Source: a bacterium
Lineage (GTDB): Bacteria > JAAXHH01
Reading direction: 5' to 3'
Assembly (NCBI GenBank): GCA_963665755.1
Contig: OY762445.1
Span: 146,224 to 210,223 of the forward strand
Length of the DNA: 64,000 nucleotides
Below the pieces are notes generated by a model. It saw nothing but the letters and a program-made list of their open reading frames with translations, was not told where the DNA came from and made no database searches. The position numbers and the translations under genes were made by a program. Shown here in pieces: positions 28,657 through 40,160 of the stretch (position 1 is its first letter; every line of letters starts with the position of its first letter).

Positions 28657-28669
28657 CAAGCCAGCCGTA

Positions 28670-28741
28670 ACTGGAAGATGGACAGCGTTGGGAAGGTGGA
28701 CAACGACTGGAAGATGGACAGTGATCTGGAGATTCTGATCG
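28670..28741. repeat. about 3.5 x 18-bp tandem direct repeat (ACTGGAAGATGGACAGYG) between polA and the Rieske-fusion operon
   Basis: Units read directly: actggaagatggacagcg / ttgggaaggtggacaacg / actggaagatggacagtg / atctggagattctgatcg. Confidence 0.85.
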
Positions 28742-28796
28742 CAGGCAGCCCGGAAGACATCAGCGAAAATCACACAAACAGAAAGGCAAGGATTCC

Positions 28797-30587
28797 ATGA
28801 GCACAGGAAACGGTTGGATCCGGGTCGGAACTACGACCGACATAGCGCCCGGGGAATCCCGCGCCGTTAGAATCAGCGAGGGCCGCAGCGTTGCCCTCTT
28901 CAACGTCAACGGCCGGATACATGCTACCGACAACCAATGTCCCCACATGGGGTTTCCACTGACCCGCGGCGTGGTGAAGGACGGCATCCTGACGTGCGAC
29001 TGGCATGGCCGCAGTTTCGATCTGGAAGGCGGCGGCTGCTTCAATTACGAATGCGACGACCTGGAGACGTTCCCAGTCGACATTCGTGGAGATGAACTGT
29101 GGGTGCAGGCCGGGGACGCCACCTACAAGCGGCGGGACCAGCACCTGCAACTGCTCTGGGAGGGCCTGCTGAGCGGGGACTCGTGGACGATTTCGAAGGC
29201 CACTGCCCTCCTTCTGTCCGGTGGTGTTTCAGAACACGACATCGTGCAGTTGATCTTGCGCCACCTGGGCCGTCACGTCGCTTCGGAACGGGACGCGGGC
29301 GGCGGCGGCGATGTCGTTTCACTCCTGGTCTCCGGTCTTGAAGTCGGCAAAAGGTTTGACGGAGAAGACAGGCTGATGGCGTTGTCGCTGGCAGGCCGCG
29401 CAGCGTCGGGGAGGGCGTCGGAAAGGCTCGAGGTCATTACGCTGCCCCCGCCGGTCCGCTGGGATCAGATAGACGACTGGGTACGCATGTTCTCCCGAAA
29501 CATGCAGGATTTCCGGATCGAACGGTGTTTGCACACGGCCTGCGAAAACGGCCACCAGGACCATATCTTCAAATTGTTGTTCGAGTGTGCGGTGGCGCCG
29601 TACTTCCTCGGATTTTCCCGTAACGTGGCCAGCCTGGGTGATCTCGCAAGGGTGGTGGATACCTTCGGATGGGGCGAGGCGTCCGAACTGGTCTGCAACC
29701 TCGGCGCAAAGATGACGGGGCGAGGGCGCGACGAGCCGGAGCGGTTCCACCGGGATGCCGTCCGGCTGCTCACCGAACTCGCGCCTGAACTGGAATCACA
29801 TGATTACGACGGGAACACGCGCGCGGAATACGACGAGAACGCCCTCGTAGACGCCCTGTTGAGCGTCGATGTCGAGCGGTCTTTCGAAGCCGTGACACGG
29901 GTCCTGCGGGACGGCGTGGCGCTCGAGCGTCTTATCACGACCTTCGTGCTGCTCGCCGCCGATCGCATGGCGCGTACGCCGGTGAACGTCGACGCGGGGT
30001 GGGGACCGCTGTCCACCGAGTTCAACCTGGCGGCTTCCCTGCGACATGTCCACGCATACGGTGGGCCCGCTGCAGCGGCGAAGGGCCTGTACCATGCGGC
30101 CTGGCAAATTTTCGACAACCGATGGATCAATATCCCCGCACGGTCGCTCGACGAACCCCTTCCCGCCCATCGAACGGACACACCGGACGCGGCAGCCGCT
30201 TCGGATCTCATTGTCCATTCCATCAAGTCGCTGGATATCCACGGGGTGGGCGACCAGGTGGTGGGTTACCTCAACAGCGGATTCGACGGGTCGGACCTGC
30301 TCAAGGAAGTGGGACGGGCGATCCTGTGGGACGATACCAACATGGAGCTCCTTCCCACACTGCGCGTCGCGTTCAACGAATGGGAAGGTTCAGGGGGTGG
30401 CGCAGGCGGCGGAGACGCAAGCGGGGGTGGCGCAGGTGGAAAGGGCCATCCGTCCCGGTATCAGCTCCTGGTGGGACTGGTGCGCTACGCCACGGATGTG
30501 CGATTGAACAAGAACAGCATGGCCTCCATCAACACGGCCATGCGATTTTCTGAAGGCCGGACGACCGTAGAGGTGTTCGACGAATAA
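28797..30587 (+). CDS. Rieske [2Fe-2S] domain fused to an uncharacterized ~480-aa domain (paralog A)
   Basis: Rieske ligands C-P-H-M-G ... C-D-W-H-G within the first 100 aa. Remainder unassignable but shares conserved blocks with paralog B (RHxGRHVAxER, LFECAVAPYFLG, LAADRMARTPVN, GLYHAAWQ, HPSRxQLLVGL). Contains a Gly-rich insert. Confidence 0.8.
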   Translation: MSTGNGWIRVGTTTDIAPGESRAVRISEGRSVALFNVNGRIHATDNQCPHMGFPLTRGVVKDGILTCDWHGRSFDLEGGGCFNYECDDLETFPVDIRGDELWVQAGDATYKRRDQHLQLLWEGLLSGDSWTISKATALLLSGGVSEHDIVQLILRHLGRHVASERDAGGGGDVVSLLVSGLEVGKRFDGEDRLMALSLAGRAASGRASERLEVITLPPPVRWDQIDDWVRMFSRNMQDFRIERCLHTACENGHQDHIFKLLFECAVAPYFLGFSRNVASLGDLARVVDTFGWGEASELVCNLGAKMTGRGRDEPERFHRDAVRLLTELAPELESHDYDGNTRAEYDENALVDALLSVDVERSFEAVTRVLRDGVALERLITTFVLLAADRMARTPVNVDAGWGPLSTEFNLAASLRHVHAYGGPAAAAKGLYHAAWQIFDNRWINIPARSLDEPLPAHRTDTPDAAAASDLIVHSIKSLDIHGVGDQVVGYLNSGFDGSDLLKEVGRAILWDDTNMELLPTLRVAFNEWEGSGGGAGGGDASGGGAGGKGHPSRYQLLVGLVRYATDVRLNKNSMASINTAMRFSEGRTTVEVFDE

Positions 30588-30611
30588 CGAACAACGGAGA
30601 GGTAACGGAAT

Positions 30612-32363
30612 ATGTCAACGGAACAAAACGGATTCGTACGGGTGGCGGCAACGGACGAAGTGGTGGACGGCAAGCCCAAGGCCGTCAAGGTGGAGGGAAG
30701 GAGCATCGCCCTCTTCAAGCATAACGGGTCGGTATTCGCCACGGACAATCAATGTCCGCACATGGGATACCCGCTCACGAGAGGGCGCGTTCGCAACGGC
30801 GTGCTGACTTGTGACTGGCACGGCTGGAGTTACGACCTCGGCGGCGGCGGTTGCTTCACCGGTGGGTGCGATGACCTGGAGACTTTTCCGGTCGAGGTAC
30901 GAAACGGCGACGTGTTCGTGAACGTTAGCGAAGGCGGATCCAAACGGTCGGACGCACACTTCCTGCTCTTGAAGGAAGGACTCTATTCAACGGATCAGTG
31001 GACCATCTCGAAGGCCGTGGCCATCATGCTGGCCCGGGGCGTGTCCGAGACGGACACGTTGAACCTCATCATCCGGCACGGCGGCCGTCACGTCGCGACT
31101 GAACGGGGCGCCAACGATGGTGGTGGAGAGGTCTCCGATTTCATCAATGGGATCAAGGTGGCCCGACAGTACGAGAGCGACGACCGGATCATCCCGCTGA
31201 CCTTTGCCGCCCACGGGCTATCCGGTCGCGCGGGGGACCGGCCGAGCATCCAGCGGTTGCCCGATCCGATCACCTGGGAGAAACTCGAGGGATGGATCCG
31301 GGTGTTCTCCACAGACAAGCAATGGGAAGGCATCGAGAAGTGCCTGATTACCGCCCGCCGGCTGGGCGGACACGATGGCGAGATCCTGCCGCTGCTCTAC
31401 GAATGCGCCGTGGCCCCGCATTTTCTCGGCAATTCGAACAACCTGCTCAACATCGGCTACATCGCGGAAGTGCTCGAGGAATTCGGCTGGGACGAAGCAG
31501 AGGAACTGGTCTGCAACCTCTCGGCCAAGATCCTGGGACAGGAGCGGGGACTGCCCGACGAGATCAGGCAGTCGGCCATCGACCGGTTCATCGCCGACAC
31601 CGAAACGCTGGATTCCATCGGCGACAGACCATCTGACGGTTCCGACGCAGCCTTCGACGAAGACGCCTTCGCGGAGGGTCTGGTAAGCGGCGAAATCGGA
31701 CCGACCTTCGGCGTGGTTACCCAGGCGCTCAAAGACGGCGTTTCTATCGAGCGCATCGTGACGACCATGGTGGTGCTCGCAGCGGACCGCATGGCGCGCA
31801 CGCCGGTTAACATGAACCCGGGATGGGGAGGCCTGGTCCGCGAGATGATGATGGCCAGCGCAATCCGAAAGGCTTTGAGGTACGGTGGGCACCGAGTTGC
31901 CGCCCAGGGTCTGTACCACGTCGCCTGGCAATTCTACGGCGACCGGTGGCTGAATATCACCCATCGTCCGTTGTCCGAGTCGCGTGGAGATCTGCAGCCG
32001 GGAAGCGCGGACGAGGCCGAAGCGATCGAAGGCGTCGTTTCATCCATTGAGCAGATCCAGATCAGGGAAATCGGAAGACAGACCCGGGACTACCTGCGGT
32101 CGGGGTACTCGGGCGACGCGTTGCTCCGGGAACTCGGTCTCGTGATCCTCAAGGACGACAACGGCCGGAACATCCTGTCCACGCTGCGCACGATCTTCGA
32201 CGAATGGACCTGGTGCGAAGATCACCCTTCGCGCAACCAGTTGCTGGTCGGCCTCGCACGCTGGGCCACCGACGTACGCCGCGCCACGGGAAGCCAGTCT
32301 GCCGCCGCTACCGCCCTGCGATTCGCCAAGGGACAGACCGCGGTGGACTTGTACGAGGCGTAA
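30612..32363 (+). CDS. Rieske [2Fe-2S] domain fused to an uncharacterized ~480-aa domain (paralog B)
   Basis: GGAGAGG SD. The same Rieske motifs (CPHMGYPL ... CDWHGWSYD) and the same conserved C-terminal blocks as paralog A. 24-bp gap after paralog A. Confidence 0.8.
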   Translation: MSTEQNGFVRVAATDEVVDGKPKAVKVEGRSIALFKHNGSVFATDNQCPHMGYPLTRGRVRNGVLTCDWHGWSYDLGGGGCFTGGCDDLETFPVEVRNGDVFVNVSEGGSKRSDAHFLLLKEGLYSTDQWTISKAVAIMLARGVSETDTLNLIIRHGGRHVATERGANDGGGEVSDFINGIKVARQYESDDRIIPLTFAAHGLSGRAGDRPSIQRLPDPITWEKLEGWIRVFSTDKQWEGIEKCLITARRLGGHDGEILPLLYECAVAPHFLGNSNNLLNIGYIAEVLEEFGWDEAEELVCNLSAKILGQERGLPDEIRQSAIDRFIADTETLDSIGDRPSDGSDAAFDEDAFAEGLVSGEIGPTFGVVTQALKDGVSIERIVTTMVVLAADRMARTPVNMNPGWGGLVREMMMASAIRKALRYGGHRVAAQGLYHVAWQFYGDRWLNITHRPLSESRGDLQPGSADEAEAIEGVVSSIEQIQIREIGRQTRDYLRSGYSGDALLRELGLVILKDDNGRNILSTLRTIFDEWTWCEDHPSRNQLLVGLARWATDVRRATGSQSAAATALRFAKGQTAVDLYEA

Positions 32364-32389
32364 CATGGGTTGAATCGGTTGCGAGGTGA

Positions 32390-33690
32390 ATGGGCATGGA
32401 CGCCGATCCGTCTGACAAGCGTCTTTACGAACGCTATCATCAAGACCCCGACGAGGCCGACCGGATACTGTTCGGCCGCCGGACTCACCCGGACCGTCGC
32501 GGTTTCCTTAAGAATGCGGGCCTGGCAACCATGGGCGCGTTGGTCGGCGCCGCGATTCCCTTTCATCGCAACGTCCCTGCCCATTTCATTCCGGTCGTGC
32601 TCGCCGCAGAGAACACCATTCAGGGCAAGGACGGCCTGACGGTCCTCAATGATCGCCCCATGTGCGCGGAAACCCCGCCACACCTCCTCGACGACGCCAT
32701 AACGCCCACCGCAAGGCATTTTGTTCGCAACAACGGGTTAGTTCCCGAGGATCTGGACGCCTCGCGCTGGAAGCTTGCGATCGACGGACTGGTCGACAGT
32801 CCGTTGATACTCAACCTCGAGGATCTTGAAGGCCGGTTCGAGGTCGTCACCCGGGCGTTGACCCTGGAATACGCGGGAAACGGCCGGGCATTTTTTAACC
32901 CGAAGACGAAAGGCGAACAGTGGACCTACGGCGCGGTGGCCTGCGCTGAATGGACGGGGGTGCGGCTATCCGACGTACTGACGGCCGCCGGAATGAAGCG
33001 CGAAGCAGTCTACACCGCGCACTACGGCGCAGATACCCACCTTTCCGGTGTGGAGGGCCGGACTTCCCATCTCCCGCGGCGTACCGATCGAAAAGGCCAT
33101 GGATGGACACAGCCTCATCGCCTTCGCCCAGAACAGCCGACCGATACACCCGATGAACGGCGGCCCGTTGCGCCTGATCATACCGGGATGGCTCGGGTCA
33201 TGTTCCCATAAATGGCTGAACCGCATAGAGATACGGGACCAGGTGCACGACGGGCCCAAGATGACAGGCACCTCGTATCGATTGCCGCGACGGGGCATCG
33301 AACCCGGCGAGATCGTGGACGAGAAAGACTTCCAAATCATAGAAAGCATGCCGGTGAAGTCGCTCATCACGCACCCGGCGACGGGGCACAGATCGAATGA
33401 CAGTTCAGTGGAAATAAGGGGCCATGCGGACAGGTAAGGGGCGCGTCTCCGCGGTTGATCTTTCGGTCGACTTCGGGGCGACCTGGAAGCGAGCGACGCT
33501 GGAGGAACCGGTCAACGCCTTCGCCTGGCAGAACTGGCGCGCTTCGTTTTCGTTGCCGCAGGATGGGTATTACGAGGTTTGGGCGAGGGCCACCGACTCT
33601 CTGGGCGTCAGCCAGCCCCACGCCATCGCGTGGAATCCGGGTGGCTACCTAAACAACGCCATGCACCGCGTCGCGGTGTACGTGGGGTAA
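32390..33690 (+). pseudogene. sulfite-oxidase-family molybdopterin oxidoreductase (Tat-exported), disrupted by two +1 frameshifts
   Basis: Twin-arginine motif RRGFLKNAGLATMGALVG. The Oxidored_molyb region reads in frame 1 to about 33050 (..HYGADTHLSG), continues in frame 2 (LPISRGVPIEKAMDGHSLIAFAQN..GGPLRLIIPGW) to about 33425, then frame 3 carries the Mo-co dimerisation domain (GKGRVSAVDLSVDFGATWKRA..WNPGGY). Confidence 0.6.
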
Positions 33691-33790
33691 GTAAACTGTC
33701 CTTCCGACGCACTTATTGTATTCGATAAAGCTCTCATGAATCCTACTAATCCGAAAGGGGATGGATCGATCGCTAAGTTTCTATTGACAG

Positions 33791-33808
33791 TGTATCAAAT
33801 TTGATACA
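33791..33808. promoter_or_regulatory. perfect 18-bp palindrome TGTATCAAATTTGATACA (candidate TA-module operator), preceded by TTGACA
   Basis: Read directly; lies in an AT-rich patch about 20 bp upstream of the toxin-remnant ORF. Confidence 0.35.
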
Positions 33809-33828
33809 CGTTATGGAACAGCATTTAC

Positions 33829-33930
33829 ATGTTGCGTGTTGTTTTCTACAAGACTGAAACTGGACGCGAGCCAGTGCGTGACAGGACCTACAGCCTGCAA
33901 TTTCGCGATCGGCAAAGCTGGGAGAAGCGA
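33829..33930 (+). pseudogene. N-terminal remnant of a Gp49-like/HigB-type toxin
   Basis: MLRVVFYKTETGREPVRD matches the conserved N-terminus of the phage Gp49-like RelE/ParE toxin family from memory. The rest of the about 110-aa toxin is missing and the frame runs into the antitoxin gene. Confidence 0.35.
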
Positions 33931-33934
33931 ATAG

Positions 33935-34222
33935 ATGACTATAGATACCCAACATGTTGGTGGCAACTTCGATGGATATTTGAAAGAAGAAGGTCTAATT
34001 GAGGAAGTAGAACAAGTAGCAGCAAAGCGTGCAGTTGCGTTACAAGTAAACCAATTCATGTCGAATCAGGGACTGAGCAAGACCGAAATGGCCCGACGTA
34101 TGCACACGAGTCGTGCCTCACTGGATCGCCTGCTGGATCCGGAGAATGGATCTGTCACACTGCAAACCCTGGAACGGGCGGCCGATGCACTGGGACGGCG
34201 CTTGCATATCTCGCTGGTTTGA
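33935..34222 (+). CDS. XRE-family HTH antitoxin (HigA-like)
   Basis: 95-aa protein with an HTH core (LSKTEMARRMHTSRASLDRLL), the typical partner of Gp49-like toxins. Low-GC context. Confidence 0.6.
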   Translation: MTIDTQHVGGNFDGYLKEEGLIEEVEQVAAKRAVALQVNQFMSNQGLSKTEMARRMHTSRASLDRLLDPENGSVTLQTLERAADALGRRLHISLV

Positions 34223-34329
34223 ACGTGACCTCGAAGGACTTCTGTAACGCAGTACTGATCTAGTTCACCATCCTGCGAGTACTCAATGTTGTGATCGTCA
34301 AATCACTGTGGACGGTTAGTCTCGCCTAC

Positions 34330-35184
34330 CTACACGCTATCCACCGCGGGGCGCGGCAGATCGGCCCAATGGCCCGTTGGATCGGATCCCTTGACGATCA
34401 CGCCTTCCTTGTTCCAGTTGAGTTCGGCGCGGACGGAGGCGGCGCAGAACCTGAGCGTCAGGCCGCAGCGGCGGCGGTCCGACGTGTTGAGTCCCGATCC
34501 GTGCAATAGCAGGTCGCTGTGGAGCGAGATCTCTCCCGCCTTGAGCTCGATATCTACCTCGGTCCCGAACATCCCCACTTCTTCCACGGTCTGGTTGAGC
34601 ACGTTGTTCTCGGCTTCTTCGCTCAGGTGGTAGGTCAGGTGCCCATGGTGATGGGATCCCGACACGAAGCGCATGCAGGCGTTGCCCGTGTCCGCGTCGT
34701 CGATGGCCAGCCAGGCGGTCACCGTTTTCGACGGCGAGAGGGGCCAGAAACTGGCGTCCTGGTGCCAGTTGACGATCTTGCCGTCCCCGGGAAGCTTGCA
34801 GAAGAAATGGGCGCCCCAGCCCACGATGTCGTCGCCCAGGAGGTCGCTGATGTAGGCGACGATTCTCGGCTCGTTCATGATGTCGTGGACCATGCCAGAT
34901 TTCAGGTGGGCCGATATGATGGAGTAATTGTGGTCCCCCCGCGCCATGACTTTTTCGATCATGCCGTCGAATTCATTCCGTATGTCGCCGATCTCCGCAT
35001 CCGAGTAGATCCTGAACGGCTTCAGGTAGCCTTGCTCATTGAACATGTCGATCTGCGTGCTCGATAACACGGCCGGATGCTCGTTGCGTACCGGGTGGTA
35101 CTGCAGGTCGCGGGACATGCGGACCAGGTCTTCCGGGGTAGGCATCTGCTTGAAACGGGTGTCCTGCAGGGTCGTCTGCGCCAT
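34330..35184 (-). CDS. phytanoyl-CoA dioxygenase (PhyH) family non-heme iron oxygenase
   Basis: H-x-D (NWHQDASFW) and a distal His (SLHSDLLLHGSG) in PhyH-like context; 284 aa. Confidence 0.8.
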   Translation of the reverse strand: MAQTTLQDTRFKQMPTPEDLVRMSRDLQYHPVRNEHPAVLSSTQIDMFNEQGYLKPFRIYSDAEIGDIRNEFDGMIEKVMARGDHNYSIISAHLKSGMVHDIMNEPRIVAYISDLLGDDIVGWGAHFFCKLPGDGKIVNWHQDASFWPLSPSKTVTAWLAIDDADTGNACMRFVSGSHHHGHLTYHLSEEAENNVLNQTVEEVGMFGTEVDIELKAGEISLHSDLLLHGSGLNTSDRRRCGLTLRFCAASVRAELNWNKEGVIVKGSDPTGHWADLPRPAVDSV

Positions 35185-35223
35185 GGTTTATTCTCCTGTT
35201 GGCCGTTGGCCCGATCGCCGTCT

Positions 35224-36204
35224 TCAGCCGTCGTTATTCGTCTTCAGAAATACGTTCTCGGATTCCCTTTCCCAGGTTTCGTTGTAGACCAGTGGCCTCG
35301 GCCTGCGTGGCGGGTAATCCGGCGGGGGATTATCCGGTTCGTTCAGTTCCAGGCGGTCGCGTCCCCGGGGCGCTTCGTACCAGTGCTTCTCCCGTTCGGC
35401 CGCTTCGATCTCCCTGCGGAGGATGAACTCCGCGTGATCGAATCCGGAGATCGCCGCGTCCGCCAGAAACACGCGATGCACCTCGCGGCCGTCCCAGGTT
35501 GCCAGATCCGGCAGGACCACGGGGCCCGTGCAGACCTGAAACTCGGCGTCTTCCTCGTTAATATTGATCAGATCCACGGGAAATTCAAGGGTAACCCGCA
35601 TGTTCCGGTCCGCCTGGCCTGCTTGGTCCGTTTGGTCCGCCTGGCCTGCTTGGTCCGTTGGGTCCGTTTGGTCCGCCTGGTCTGCTTGGCCCGTTTGGCC
35701 CGCCTGGTCTGCTTGACCCGGCTGGTCCGGATCATGGCAGTCGGTCCAGGCGATCCTGCCATTCATGAGATCCCGGTTGATCGTCGCGTCCACTACGGCC
35801 CGCGCGTCAGTCAGGGTTTCCTCGGAATCATACTGCCTGATATCGATTTCGTGGGCCTGGAACTGTTTTTCAAGCGGAGTACCCCTGTATTCGGCGGCCT
35901 CGTTACTCGGTCTTCGCGATATAGGGATGCTCTGACTTCGGCTAAACGCCATGCGCCATTCGTCGCTGGGAATCTGAAAGAGGTTTCGGCGGGCAATCGT
36001 GTATTCCGAGCGACACGGAGCGCCCAGGTATATTTTGGTACGGTGTCCCGAGTCGTCCTCCACGGTACAGGCCGCCTCGAGGTGGAACCGCACCTGGTAG
36101 GCCTGTCCCGGCACCCCGACAAAACCGCCCGTATACTTGAAAACCGGATCGGGTTTCCACGGCCAGGATTTCCAGTGGAAAGAAGAGCGATGGAATGCGA
36201 TCAT
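35224..36204 (-). CDS. hypothetical protein with internal (DQAGQAD)n low-complexity linker
   Basis: 326-aa ORF of balanced composition. The antisense 475-aa ORF is Arg/Val/Leu junk. 40-bp gap to the downstream PhyH gene on the same strand. Confidence 0.5.
   Translation of the reverse strand: MIAFHRSSFHWKSWPWKPDPVFKYTGGFVGVPGQAYQVRFHLEAACTVEDDSGHRTKIYLGAPCRSEYTIARRNLFQIPSDEWRMAFSRSQSIPISRRPSNEAAEYRGTPLEKQFQAHEIDIRQYDSEETLTDARAVVDATINRDLMNGRIAWTDCHDPDQPGQADQAGQTGQADQADQTDPTDQAGQADQTDQAGQADRNMRVTLEFPVDLININEEDAEFQVCTGPVVLPDLATWDGREVHRVFLADAAISGFDHAEFILRREIEAAEREKHWYEAPRGRDRLELNEPDNPPPDYPPRRPRPLVYNETWERESENVFLKTNNDG
35606..35730. repeat. about 4.7 x 27-bp tandem repeat (GGTCCGCCTGGCCTGCTTGGTCCGTTT) inside the CDS 35224-36204
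   Basis: Read directly. On the coding (minus) strand it encodes (QTDQAGQAD)-type nonapeptide repeats. Confidence 0.85.
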
Positions 36205-36500
36205 GGGCTAGGTCTTCGGCTTGGCTCTTGTGGCATTCGCATACCGGGCCATCCGGGCTTGAAATGCGCTTCTCGGATTTGTACCGATTTGATGCGGCAA
36301 TGTCCCAAAATGACCTATTCCACCCAAGCAGGCAATACAAAACTGTGTTTTCGCCGTGCGGACAGCGACCGTGATTTTTGTTGCGAGCGTGGGGTCCGCA
36401 GGATACATTGGAAGTACGATTCAAGCGGCGAACAATGGCGCGCAGTTCCGGAAAATGACGGTGCGCAGCCCCATCGTTCACATCGGTCCACGGACTGGAA

Positions 36501-39182
<2,682 letters not shown>

Positions 39183-39239
39183 CCGGCGTAACGCGTAACT
39201 CCGCGTAACGCGTACTCCGCGTCCGCTGTTCGGTCGTGA

Positions 39240-40055
39240 TCAGGCGTACAGAGCGTTGCTGAAGGCGCGGCGATACTGGCGCGTCGTAGGGTCGCGCTCA
39301 CCGAGCAAACCGAAAATCGCCACGCAACTCCGGCGGGCGCCGTCGTCGTCGTAGGCTCTATTCCTCTCCAGCACTTCGATGAAACGCTGCAGGGCAAGAT
39401 CATATGCGCCCGACCTGAGGAATTCAATGCCCTGGACATAGACCGGCTTGACCGGATCTTCCTCCAGACCTTCCGGCGCGTCGAGGTGAAGGAACAGGCC
39501 GGCTATGGTCCGCATGGCCTCCGCCGAGTCATGAAATTCCGTACCAGGTTCGATCGGTCCCAACAGGTCCAGGCTCCGGCCGGGGTCTTCATTCAGAATA
39601 GTGCGTGCCAGGCATACCGCCGCCTGTTCGTTGTCCGGCTCGGACGACAGGACTTCCTCGAGCAATTCGCGGGCCGCTGCCATATCTCCTTCTCCAAGAC
39701 GCAGGAGCGCTACCTCCAGTTGTTGCGCGTGGGGACTCGGCAGCGCCTTTTTGAGCCACTGTTCGATCATGGGCTCCGGCAGTGCGCCCGTGAACTCGTC
39801 TCTTACCTCGCCGTCTACGAACATCTTGACGTTCGGTATTCCCTGAATCCCGTATTGCCGGGCAATTTCCGTGTGAACTTCGGTGTTTACCTTCACGAGT
39901 TCCCACCGGTCCCGGCTGCGTTCGGCTATGGATTCGATCACGGGTCCGAGCATCTTGCAGGGCCCGCACCATTCCGCCCAGAAATCGACCAGCACGGGGA
40001 TCGTGCGGCTTCGTTCCACGACCTCAGTATTGAAGTCCGAAACCTCGTAGTTCAT
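39240..40055 (-). CDS. thioredoxin-domain protein with C-terminal TPR-like domain (YbbN/CnoX-type chaperedoxin)
   Basis: WCGPC active site in an N-terminal Trx fold, followed by about 150 aa of helical TPR-like sequence. Confidence 0.75.
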   Translation of the reverse strand: MNYEVSDFNTEVVERSRTIPVLVDFWAEWCGPCKMLGPVIESIAERSRDRWELVKVNTEVHTEIARQYGIQGIPNVKMFVDGEVRDEFTGALPEPMIEQWLKKALPSPHAQQLEVALLRLGEGDMAAARELLEEVLSSEPDNEQAAVCLARTILNEDPGRSLDLLGPIEPGTEFHDSAEAMRTIAGLFLHLDAPEGLEEDPVKPVYVQGIEFLRSGAYDLALQRFIEVLERNRAYDDDGARRSCVAIFGLLGERDPTTRQYRRAFSNALYA

Positions 40056-40160
40056 CGCCAGTCCTCACCGGTTCACGGCGCGCTTGGTGACAAGCCGTCT
40101 GTTGACATACCTGTTGGCCGGGGTTATCTTTCGATGCGGTTTACCCGGGTGAACGGACCT

